This document shows, piece by piece, positions 1-10,875 of a DNA stretch of 64,000 nt (its first letter is position 1; each line of letters starts with the position of its first letter). Origin of the DNA: the human T2T-CHM13v2.0 reference genome, Homo sapiens. Location: the NCBI RefSeq assembly GCF_009914755.1, contig NC_060928.1. The stretch is one strand, 5' to 3'. The notes beneath the pieces were generated by a model. The model made no database searches. It was not told the origin of the DNA and saw nothing but the letters and a program-made list of their open reading frames with translations. Position numbers and translations under genes: made by a program.

Positions 1-465
1 AAGGGCAGACCCATTGTAGCTGTGGGATGGAGGCAGGTTCATGGTGAAATCCATCATAATGGCAATCTATCAGTCCTTGTGGATTAGGAGAAAATCTATT
101 CTCCACTTTGGAATTTTGGATGTATCTGGTCCATGCACATTTGTTCCAATGACTGGTGTGTGTAGGAATGGGTCTTATCATTAATCAGGCTACCAGAAGT
201 CTGTATAATCATGTTCAGGGTCTTGAATGGTTATTAAAGGTCAGCCAGTAGTAATATGGCAATAAGGCAGAGCTGTAGTATTTGAGTTACCTGCTCATAT
301 ACAGAAATAACTAAATGACAGATAATTCATTAAAAAAGATCCTCCCATCTCTTTATTTAATATCTTTTGGGGGCCATTCTTGGGTAAGTCTGAATTTCAG
401 CAAGTTCTCAGCATCTTCTGGCTGCTGGGAAATCTACCTGATTTCCTCCAAAAACAAAAATCTGC

Positions 466-1900
466 TATAAAAAGCAACACATACACCAAGGGAACAGAAT
501 AGAGATTCCAGAAGTAAGTCCATGCATTTATAGTCAACTGATTTCAACAGACACCAAGAAAATACAATGGGAAAAAGGACTGTCTCTTCAATAAACAATA
601 TTGGGAAAACTAGATATCCACAGGCAGGAAAATGAAAGTAGACCCTCATTTCTCATCATATACAAAAATCAACTTAAAATAGATTAAAGACTTAAACATA
701 AGAACTGAAACCATGAAGCTACTAGAAGAAAATACAGGGGAAACAAGACTGGTCTGGGCTATAACCCCAAAAGCACAGAAAACAAAAGCAAAAGTAGACA
801 AATGGGATTACGTCAAACTAAAAAGCTTCTGCACAGCAAAGGAAACAATCAAGAGAGTGAAGAGACAGCCTACAGAATGAAAGAAAGTATTTGTAAACCA
901 TACATCTGATAAGGGATTAATATGGAAATATATAAGGAACTCAACTCAATAAGAAGAAAACAACCCAATTTAAAAATGTGCAAAAGATCCCAACAGGTAT
1001 TTCTCAAAAGAAGACATACAAACAGTCAATAAGTTTCTGAAAAAAACTGCTCAACATCACTAATCATCAGGGAAATGCAAATCTAAACCACAATGAGATA
1101 TTATCTCACTCCTGTTAGAATGGCTATTATAAGAAAGACAAAGATAACAAGTGTTGGTGAGGATGTGGAGAAAAGGGAACTCTTGCACACTGTTGGTGGG
1201 AATGTAAATTAGTGCAGCCATTACAGAAAACAATATGGAGGTTCCTCAAAATATTAAAAATAGAACTACCATAAGATCCAGCAATCCCACTACTGGGTAT
1301 ACATCCAAAGGAAATGAATGAAATCAGTATGCTGAAGAGACAGCTGCACTCCCATGTTTATTGTAGCACTATTCACAATAACCAAAATATGGAATCAACC
1401 TAAGTGTCCATCAACAGATGAATGGATAATGAAAATGTGGTATATATACACATATATAGAATATGACTCCACCATAATAAAGAACAAAATCCTATCATTT
1501 TCAACAACATGGATGAACTGGAGGACATTATGGTAAGTGAACTAAGCCAGACACAGAAAGACAAACACTGCATGATCTCACTCATATGTGGAATCTGAAA
1601 AAGTTGGTCTCATGGAAGTGGAGAGCAAAATGGTGGTTATCAGAGGCCAGGGTACTTAGGGAGAGGGGGAATGGGGAGATGTTGGTCAAGGGACATATAA
1701 TTACAGTTAGATAGGAAGAATAACTTCAAGAGATGTACTGTAAAGCATGGTGATGATTAATGATGATATATTGGATTCTTGAAAAAAAAAGCAGAGGTAG
1801 TAGTATGTGAGGTAATGCATTTGTTAATTACCTAGATTTAACTATTCCTCAATGTATATGTACTTCAATACATCATGTTGCACACAATAAATATATGATT
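466..1900 (+). mobile_element. LINE-1 3' portion (ORF2 C-terminus relic plus 3'UTR), L1MA-type
   Basis: ORF 1354-1536 '[31 protein letters not shown]' is the canonical L1 ORF2p C-terminus. L1MA-like 3'UTR ends ...CACACAATAAATATAT. Confidence 0.92.
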
Positions 1901-2289
1901 TTAAAGTCTGCTTAATGGCAGATTTGGCAGCTGCTAAATGAATTCAAAGACATAAGTTACATCTTTGATCTTCAGTGCATCTTTCAGAGTTTGAAACTTC
2001 TGACACTCCCTGATATTCTGGTTTATAAGAAAAGGCAGTTGACCATTCAGGTGTCAGATAGAGAGTGGATGTAAAGTGCCATGCTGGAAGACTGAAGCCC
2101 TACTGGCCCAGCTTAGTCAAGCCACCTGTCTGCTCCATGCTCTATTTATATCCTGGAATAGTCATATTTGATAGACCTCTCCTAGGTAGTGTTTCCAACC
2201 TTTGGGAAAGTTAACATAACCTGGAACTATTTGCTTTGGGGACAAAAATGTTGCCACTGCATTGTTGGCAGCATGAATTTCAATCAAAA

Positions 2290-2732
2290 CAATCAAGGTA
2301 AGACAAGATCAGGCAAAAATTGTATATAACTTAGGAACAGAAGCTCATTTTCCTCTCGTGTACCAGTCTGGGGTGAGTGTTTCAGGTTGGCTGTCAGCTC
2401 TGCTTCATTTGTGCTTTCAGAGCCTTGGGCTGACAATGGTTCTGCCAGCTTCAACATGTGGCTTCCAAAGCTGCCCTGGTCAGCTAGCAGGAAGGGTACA
2501 GAGAGGCCATGGAGAAGGCTGTTCACTATCCTAAGAGCCCCAGCCCAGAAGCAGTAAACATCACTTCTACTTTTTATTAGTGAAACCTCAGTCTCTTGAA
2601 CCACAACTAACTACAGGAGGAGTGGGAAATTTAACTCCTGTCTAGGTAGACATGTGCCCAGCACACTCTATTACTAGGGAAAAAAGGATGAAAAAGTTTG
2701 GTAGGCAGATAGCCTAGCAGTTTCTATCATAG
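2290..2732 (-). mobile_element. Old MaLR LTR (MLT1I/J/K-like)
   Basis: Contains MLT1-like motifs ATCACTTCTAC, GGGAAATTTA...ATGTGCCCAGC and CTAGCAGTTTCTATCATA. Boundaries approximate. Confidence 0.55.
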
Positions 2733-3317
2733 AACAAATACAGGTCAGAAGTCCAAATATTTATTGATGTCTTCCAGGTAAAATTCAGATCATTTAGCAG
2801 AGGATCTCAATCAGAGTCTGACCTATTAGAATCATCTGGGAAGTTCTTCCTAACCACGTATGCACGAATCCTACCAGATACAATGACAGACCCTATATTT
2901 TTCTTGAGAGTTTAAGTAAGGATGGATATGTGTATTAGGATGTGTATTTAGTCAATATTCCTCTGGGTATTGTGAACCAAACACATGACTTCAAGTTTTC
3001 AGTCTGTGAAGCCCAGATGAGCTGGTTTTAGAGAGACAACTTCATGACTCAAGCTTTCTAAGGAGCAGACCTAAGAGATGCGAGTCTAGTTCAAAGAATC
3101 CCAGAGAGTGACAACACTGAGGCCACATTAGAGGTGGTGTCAAACAAAGATCAATGAGGGAGGTGCCACAGCTTTCCAGATCACCTAGCAGTGGGGACCT
3201 GGAGGCAGTACCCAAGCCATGGAGGAGATCAGGTTGGTAGCATGCTGGGTCCACTTAACCAGGGCCATTGCAACAGAAAATACACTTAGGCATGGGAAAC
3301 CACTCACTCCCTTAATT

Positions 3318-3496
3318 CACTGGTTCTTAACTCTGCCTGCAGGTAAGAATCCTCCAAAGAGCTCTCAAATTTGCCACTGCCCAAACCACATGCCAGAACA
3401 AATGAATCAGAATCTCAGCGAGAAGATGTAAGCTCAGGAATCTCCAGTTTATTAAATTTCCTCAGGTGTTTCTGAGGCACAATAAGGACTTACTGT
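3318..3496. mobile_element. MER5-type hAT-Charlie MITE
   Basis: CACTGGTTCTTAAC...GAATCAGAATCTC...CCTCAGGTGTTTCTGA pattern, about 180 bp. Confidence 0.6.
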
Positions 3497-4045
3497 TGCC
3501 TTAGCTTCTAACCTCAGGAGTAGAAACACATATCATTCTGCCTCCTTACTTGACCTCTCCAGCCTCCGTGGCCATCAGCAGAGCTATCTGCTGCTGTGTG
3601 CCTAAGTCTGTGTTCTCACCCAGGCCTGTGTTTCCCAGGTGCAGGCCATAAAAGACAGTGGCAGCAGCTCCATCCAAGTGGGTGATGGAAAGCCCAATCT
3701 CTTAGGAGGATTGTGATACCACCTGAGGAACCAGGCAAGGGTAGCCACCTGTCATGTTAGGGCCTAAAGGGGAATGAGTTCACCTGGAAGAGGCCAGGGC
3801 CTGAAGAGAAAGCCAAGCCAGCAGCAGCAGCAGAGGAAAGGACAGTCAGGAAGTGTTGATGATCCAAGAGACGCCTCAGAGGCGGACATCTATCTTAGGG
3901 GATACAGAGTCAGGAATTTAAATCTGGAAGATAAGAGCAATCAGTAAACCAAATGGGTCTGGGTCAAACAGAAGTGAGTTGGGATAGGGTTGGCCAGGGT
4001 TCCACATGATTTTCTTTAATGCCATCCAGCATGTATGGTTTATAT

Positions 4046-4994
4046 CAATGGTCCCCAACCTTTTTGGCACCAGGGACCAGTTTCGTGGAAGACAATTTTT
4101 CCACGGACCAGGGTGTGGGGAGGAATGGTTTCAGGATGATTCAAGTGCATTACATTTATCATGCACTTTATTTCTATTATTTTTGTATTGTAATATATAA
4201 TGAAACAGTTATGCAACTCAACATGGTGTAGAATCAATGAGAGCCCTGGGCTTGTTTTCCTGCAACTAGATGGTCCCATCTGGAGGTGATGGGAGACAGT
4301 GACACCCGAAGTATGTTGCTTATGTCCAGTCTACTCTGTAATCTCGTTCTGGTTGCTGTCACTGCAGAAAACCCTGCTTCACAAAGATAGGTTGTTGGAA
4401 ATAGAAGCAGGCTTTCCAGTACTTTTGTGGTGATCTCAGAATATCCCATCTTGACTTGAATTCAGAATGTATGGAGATTTGAAGCTGTCTCAAACATACT
4501 TTTAAGGCCACCAGACGCAGCTGTACAATTGAAACACATCATCCTGCGTGCCACTATAAAGCCTGCCACCAGCTTGTCACTTGCCACTCACTGATAGGGT
4601 TTTGATATGAGTTTGCAAGCACTTGATTTATGATGGTCTCTGTACAGTCAAACCTCTCAGCTAATGTTAATCTGTACTTGCAGCCACTCCCCAGTGCTAG
4701 CATCACCACCTCAGCTCCATCTCAGATCATCAGGCATTAGATTGTCATAAGGAGCTCACAACCTAAATCCTTCACATGCACAGTTCACAATAAGGTTTGT
4801 GCTCCTATAGGAATCTAATGCTGCCACTGATGTGACAGGAGGTAGAGCTCATGTGGTAATCCGAGTGAGGATTAGCTGTAAATACAGATGAAGCTTCATT
4901 CACTCACCCACTGCTCATCTCTTACCATGTGGCCTGGTTCCTAACAGGCCACGGACCAATACCGGTCCATGGCCTGGGGGTTGGGGGACCCCTG
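4046..4994 (-). mobile_element. Charlie3/MER1-family hAT DNA transposon, 949-bp internally deleted copy with transposase C-terminal relic
   Basis: MER1-type termini (CAATGGTCCCCAACC ... GGTTGGGGGACCCCTG). Perfect 8-bp TSD GTTTATAT at 4038-4045 and 4995-5002. ORF 4234-4449(-) 'LLLFPTTYLCEAGFS...KQAQGSH' matches the hAT/Buster C-terminal dimerisation region. Confidence 0.93.
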
Positions 4995-5228
4995 GTTTAT
5001 ATGACAGATGAATCAGTTTAATTCCAAGAACTGAAAATGAGGTTGACAGTTACCCATTGAAATACCGGTGATGCCAGAAATGCAACCACAGGCATCTCAA
5101 GTCTCCCCAGGCTTACCTGAGCTGTTCTCTCCATGTGAAATGGTATTTCCTCTCCCCACCAAGTCACCCTCCACAGCACATCTTCCATACCCTTTGGGTA
5201 GTTTTTTTGCTGCAAATGTTACTTCCTT

Positions 5229-5332
5229 TACTGGACTGTGAGCCTCTTGCAGACAGCAATTTTGTCTTACACGTTTTTGTGTTCACAGTGCTTGGCACAT
5301 GACAGGTGCTCATGAAGTTTAGGTGAATGAGT
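5229..5332 (+). mobile_element. L2 3' end
   Basis: ACTGGACTGTGAGC...CAGTGCTTGGCACAT...GTGCTCA...TGAATGAGT terminus. Confidence 0.65.
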
Positions 5333-6524
5333 GCTGCAGAAACAAAATACATGTCCAATTGTTCTGGGAAACAAAGGACAGAAAGCAGTTTGGAGAGTGG
5401 TGGAAGTCTCTGCTGCCAAGGTAACATGTGATAGGGGCCTGCTGAAGCACTTCCTGGCAAAGTTGGAGGGAAAGGTAGAAGGAACAACATGTTGGAAGAC
5501 ACAGAGCAGTAAGAGATCTCAGCTAATTCAAGTGGCTTGGCACTACCAGTATTATTGCTCCTCTTTCCCCTTTACTCTAAGCTCCTAAAGCTAGCTAAGC
5601 TTTTGGTATTTGTCTACCTTACGGTGGCAAGCTTTTTTGCATAAAAGTATCCTCCCCCACAGGTGATTCAAGAAATTCAACTATTCTCCTTCTTTACCCC
5701 TAAAGCACATTTCATGACAGAATATTCTTTCTCAAATAATTTTCAGACTCATTTTTTATATCCTGCTTATCTTTGGCTGTTTCCTATGCCAGATACAGTT
5801 CTTTGTTCTGAAATGAAAAATATAGGCCTACAGATAACCTCATTCTCCCTTGCCAAGTCCTAAACCTATCTGTGAATAAATTTCTTTAAATACCACATCT
5901 TCTTCCATATAGATGACCCATTATTTTTCCAATCTCTCTAGAAGCTAGTGTTTTGGTAAACAAAACAGAAGAATAGAAGGTTCTAAAAGTCCTGATCCAA
6001 TTTCCCTTGATTAGCTCATGCATGCAATAAACGTAAGCAGAGTGTTGACAGCGTGCAAAGGAGGCTCTAGTGGGCTTACAGTTCTTTAGCATGTAAATTT
6101 TTGGCAAATGCTTCAAGGTCAGACTTTTAAATACTTTATTAACACAGCTGTGAGCATTTCCACACATTCACCCAATTTTACAGGGGCTGCTCTTCTTTTC
6201 CAATGCACATTTTGTATAACATTGTATGGCAGCAACAGGGGTTTTTCCCATTGCCTCATTATTGGAGGACAAATCTTCAGACTGAAAGTGCAAACGATAC
6301 CCTTATTACTTGGAAGTCCCAAAACTGTATGTACATAGTCCTTTTGTTTATCACACGAACAAATTCCTAACCAACCCTTGCAGCTGCAGTAGCAGCAGGG
6401 GTTCAAAACAGTCTGCGTGCTGTTTCACCAGTGTTTTGCACTTTGTATTTTGTACCCTCCTATTTGTGTGCCCTACAGTCTTCAAATTAACCTAAATTAC
6501 ACAATCATCAGATAAAAATTGTGC

Positions 6525-6740
6525 ATTCACTTATTCATTCAGCAATCATTCATCTAGAGATTGCTTTGTATCCTCATGTGATTATGTTATACCTTGGTTC
6601 CCTTCATCCGTTTATTCATCATTCAACAGGCATTCATCAAAAACCTGCTCCGTTCCAGGGTCTGGTCTGAGTATGCTGGGAAGACAGAAATAAGAGTATT
6701 GCCATTCCTGCTCTTGAATAGTTAGCAGTATATAGGGTTT
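6525..6740 (-). mobile_element. L2 3' end fragments
   Basis: ATTCATTCA/CATTCAACA termini followed by L2-like antisense sequence. Confidence 0.55.
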
Positions 6741-8717
6741 ATCATAGTGTAATTCGTGAAGAGGGGCACTGCCTCAGCTTCTCTCATTAGAAAGGGATGA
6801 AACATCACAACAAATTTTCCCCAATTGGCTCTTTCTGCCCTGTTCTTCCCTTCACAAAACCGTAACAACTTTTTAAATCTTCCCCTCCTGTCCTCCCATA
6901 GATCTCACAGAAAGTCTTCTTTCTGCCTCCTCCTTTTTCTCCTCTTCCCCACCCTCACTGGAGGCAACCACATTAGTGCCCCTCCAGCAGATATACAGGT
7001 AACCCTCACAAAAAACTGTATATTGAGCCTAAATGCTATTACAATCATTTGCCACATAAGAAAATAGATGCTGAAATTAAGATACTTCCTCCAAACCACA
7101 CAAGTCCATGATGAAACCAGATCCAAGGTCTTGATCTTGATCTTTTTACTACATCATGGTGACTCAAACATGATTTCCCTTGATCAATCAATATTAGTTT
7201 GAGAGAGCATACATAGTTACAAGTAGCTAATTTTCATAGAATCAATCTGATTTCAGTCTTTTTCTCTGGAATTGTCTATTCCTTCACATAAAGTATATAT
7301 ATTTTTAAAATTCTGCTACAAATAGCAATAAAACATTAAGCCAAACTGGCAGGTTTTCCTGACCGGGCCATGAATTTGCCTGGTATTCGCTGATCCCACT
7401 AGAAGGGGTTTGCAGACAAAAGGCAATTTTTTAAATGCTGAGGTAGCAAGCTTGGTTTCAAGGATGTTGAATGGGTTGTTCAATAAGTGCACTAGCTTCC
7501 TTTTTTATGAATGGAGATCAAGTTAAGAATCTATAAACACTCTGGCTCTCTCAATCCTTTCGATCCAGACATTGTTGAAATGAACATTACAGAGATAAGG
7601 AGCAATGAAAACAGAATGAATTTCCTCTACCAGCTGATTGGTGTCTGGAGGAACAAAAAGACCAAAATTTTACTTAATTCACCCTCACACTTTTCTAGAA
7701 CTGGAAGTCTTGTGAGCACTGACTTTGGATAGGTTATCAGAACATCCTAGCTAGTCAAGATTAGGATTCCCAGGCTCCCTGTTTATGAAACTGGACCACT
7801 GACCATCTGAGCATATATATTTAAAAACCAAGACACCTAAAAGCTGTTTTTGGATGAAAGAGAGGGTATAAATTTTGGTGCAAGGGAGTTCAGGAGAAAA
7901 GAACAATATGGACAAGGAAGGAGCAGACAAGCATAATGGTGGGGAATGCTATGGCAAATATCTTTCCTCTTAGATTTGAAAACAGGTCTTGAGACCCACT
8001 GGGGAGGGTGGTAAGAACAGACACTGACAGCACTGTGTTCACGAAGGAGTTTGTGAAACTCTGAGCACAAGCAGTGCTGGTTTGAGGCCTGAAGGCCCAA
8101 GTTCTTGGTAGAGCTGGTGAGCAGCGTGTTCTCCCATTTCATCACTGAAGCACAGCAGCACTTTGCAGGATTACAGAGCACAGCCATGCAGTGGTGGTGC
8201 GCACCCACCCACCAGACCAACAGGGGAGCAGTATTTTCACAGAAAGCCAAAGGCCAAGGCAGTGACAATCTTCTTTCAGGTAATTTTAGTTAGCAGATTT
8301 CCATGAGGAAACCTGAGAAGTAGATGTGAAAAACTCTTGGAGGCTTCCAGAAATACATGATGTGAGAAACATGGCCAAGAACAGAGTTGACTACTTCAGC
8401 AGGTGGGTGCTAGGAGTTGGCAAAATATAATATTCTTGATATTTTTGTGAGAGCCCGGTGAGACCTGGGACACTCAGGTAAAACACATTGGATAAAGCCA
8501 GAAATTCCATAGTTGATTATTTTATAAATTAACAGGAAGAATTCAACTCAAATAAAAGAATAGTGAATGAAAGGAGTAAATGTAGTCCTGCTTAATAGCA
8601 CAAAGATTCTGGGTTCTGACCTTCCTCTCAATCAGGCTGCCTTAAGAAATTAAAGGTCACTCTTCAAAATTTCTTTGGACACATTTATCCACCCCTTCTG
8701 CCTTTAAGTAAGATTAA

Positions 8718-9563
8718 TCCAACTGTATCACACAAAACCAAAGCTGCATTTGTAAAAGCTCCAGGCAGACCACAGTCCAGCAGAAGTCACTTGATAGACC
8801 AGCACCATCTGCTTCTTTACCTTTGTTTAGCTCCATCCCCGGGACTCCCAGGCCCTTGGCACAGACAGAAGACCAGAATCCCAGCCAGGATTCCTCAGAT
8901 ACTTTGACCTTGGAGCTAAATCCAATCAATCCAGTGCTTAATGAGAATAAACTTGAGGATAGATGTGGCACTCTGACTGCTTCCTTCCCCAAGGAAATCC
9001 TTGAATGGGCAAAGGATGAAGTAAAATTCCAGTCACCCTGCCTGGGCACAAGGTCAGTGCTGCTGGCCCCTAGAGCTTATGAAGAAGCCAGCTCCAAAGA
9101 AGAGGGAATGCAGTGTCCTGCTTTCTCCCAAGGGGTCTCTGAACAAACAGGCAGCTTATCTGTAAGGAGTGTTCCTGTAGAAGTTCTAGAATCACTGTTC
9201 AGTTAGGACAGGGACTCCCAGGCTCTCACTGATAATGTCTAGAGCATGCAAGGGGAGCTGGTGGTCTTTCAAGAGCTGAGGGCAGATCCAGTCCAAGAGG
9301 TACTGGTAACCATTGAGGAGGTGCAGCTCAATCAAAACCCCCAAGAAAAAGGACCAGGAAGCCAACACACCCCACAGAACCCTCAGCAGATTTTGCCTTC
9401 CCCTTCCCTGAATGGAGGAGAGCATCCTAGAAGTGGAAATAGCTCATGCCAACAAGGGGCTCTGGTCAAAAAGATTCTTTATCCGGGTTCTATGAACCAC
9501 AGTGGAGAACGGGGCAAAACTTATTATAATTGGTATAGAGCTTGCAACCTCACAGAGCTCTAG
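8718..9563 (+). pseudogene. Candidate decayed coding region: 282-codon frame with two internal TAG stops, unidentified
   Basis: ORFs 8823-9206 and 9246-9563 are in the same frame. The frame is open from 8718 and broken only by TAG at 9204 and 9240. The translation is rich in E/S/P/Q/L. Confidence 0.4.
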
Positions 9564-9594
9564 ATTATAGTACTTATCTCTTACAGGCTATGAA

Positions 9595-10187
9595 AAGAAG
9601 TGATACACCATTTTGGAAAAAAATTAGAAAGGCTCTACTAAAGCTAAACATAAATATCTATGCCAGATGACCCAGAAATTCCACTCCTGTACAAATGCCC
9701 AAGTGAAAGTGTGCTTGTGGCCACCAAAAAAAAAGTACAAGAATAATCATCGTAGTGTTATTTACAATAGCCTCATGAGAAGCAACTAAAAAGTATACCA
9801 ACAGTTGAACGGATTAATAATTGTGGTATGTTCTGGCAAAAGAATACTGAACAGCCCTGGAAAGAAAAACAACCATTGCTACATGCAAGACCATAGAGAC
9901 TCTCACAGGCATAATGTTGGACAAAAGAAGTCAGAAGCAAAAAAGTAATTATGGTATGATTCTATTTATTTAAAGTTCAAAAGCAGGCAAAATTAATCTA
10001 TGGTGATAAGAGGTCCGAAAAGTGGTTGTCTTACTGGGGGGCACGAAGGAGTCTGCCACGGTACTTGGAAAGTTCTAGATCAGATATGGATGGTGAATAC
10101 ATGGGAATATACAAAATGTATTGAGCTAGTATACTTAAAAGCTGTATATTTTCTAAGTGTAGGTTATACTTTAATTTAAAGAAAAAA
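9595..10187 (+). mobile_element. L1ME-type LINE-1 3' end
   Basis: GACCCAGAAATTCCACTCCT, CATAATGTTGGACAAAAGAAGTCAGA and AAAGTTCAAAAGCAGGCAAAATTAATCTATGGTG motifs, then an A-rich end. Confidence 0.8.
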
Positions 10188-10249
10188 GAGATGTAAATTT
10201 TTTAAAATAAGATAATTATGAGTATACCTATCAACATATGAAACTGACT

Positions 10250-10728
10250 GGAAACCAAAGAAGAAAGCCAACTAAGTTTTTGAGAGAGCTAGAGAGCCTA
10301 AGATGAAATGGACTGTGGCTGTTCAATGAGCAGGGAGTAGGCTAGGAAAGTAGCTCCTCCCCTAGGAAGGGCATATTCTCCAGTGCCATCTTCACATGTG
10401 GCCAAGGAGAAGAATAGTAAGAGCAAGCCCTCTCAGAGGAAGAACCAGTGGCCTGGGAAATTATCTCCTGGAAACAGAAGTGAGACCTAATCAAGGGTCA
10501 TTGGCCTGCACAGATATCAGGACTGTACAACCAGCAGCTGCTGCAAATGTCTAAATTTCCCCTTTCTGATGGGAGTAATTCCACCATTATATGTAGCATG
10601 TATGCGGGGTAATTTGCCATGGAGAGGGTAGGTAGATCTGTCTCCCTCTCCAGAGAAGCTACATCCAGAAATGATGTAGATACTCTCATAAGGTCCTGGT
10701 CTTTGGGTTCGATGTCATGACTGGATAG
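10250..10728 (+). mobile_element. Possible MaLR internal (MLT1-int) 3' fragment
   Basis: Resembles MLT-int motifs TTCCCCTTTCTGATGGGAGT, TTCCACCATTATAT and CCTGGTCTTTGGGTTCGATGTCATGACTGGAT. Confidence 0.4.
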
Positions 10729-10729
10729 T

Positions 10730-10875
10730 AACTCTATGAGGTGGATACTATTATTATCTCCATTTTAAGAATGAAGAGATGAAGGCTCAGAGAGGTTTAG
10801 TAATTTCACCCAGCATTACAGAGCTAATAAGTGCTGGAGGCAGCATTTTATACAGGCAGTTTGGCTGCAGAGTCA
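10730..10875 (-). mobile_element. MIR
   Basis: ATTATCTCCATTTTAAGAATGAAGAGATGAAGGCTCAGAGAGGTTTAGTAATT core. Confidence 0.8.

Noticed and set aside
1-440. Possible ERVL/MaLR internal fragment at the window start
   Set aside because: The similarity is too weak to call by eye.
5110-5215. Minus-strand donor CAG|GTAAGC near 5116
   Set aside because: The nearest acceptor lacks a polypyrimidine tract.
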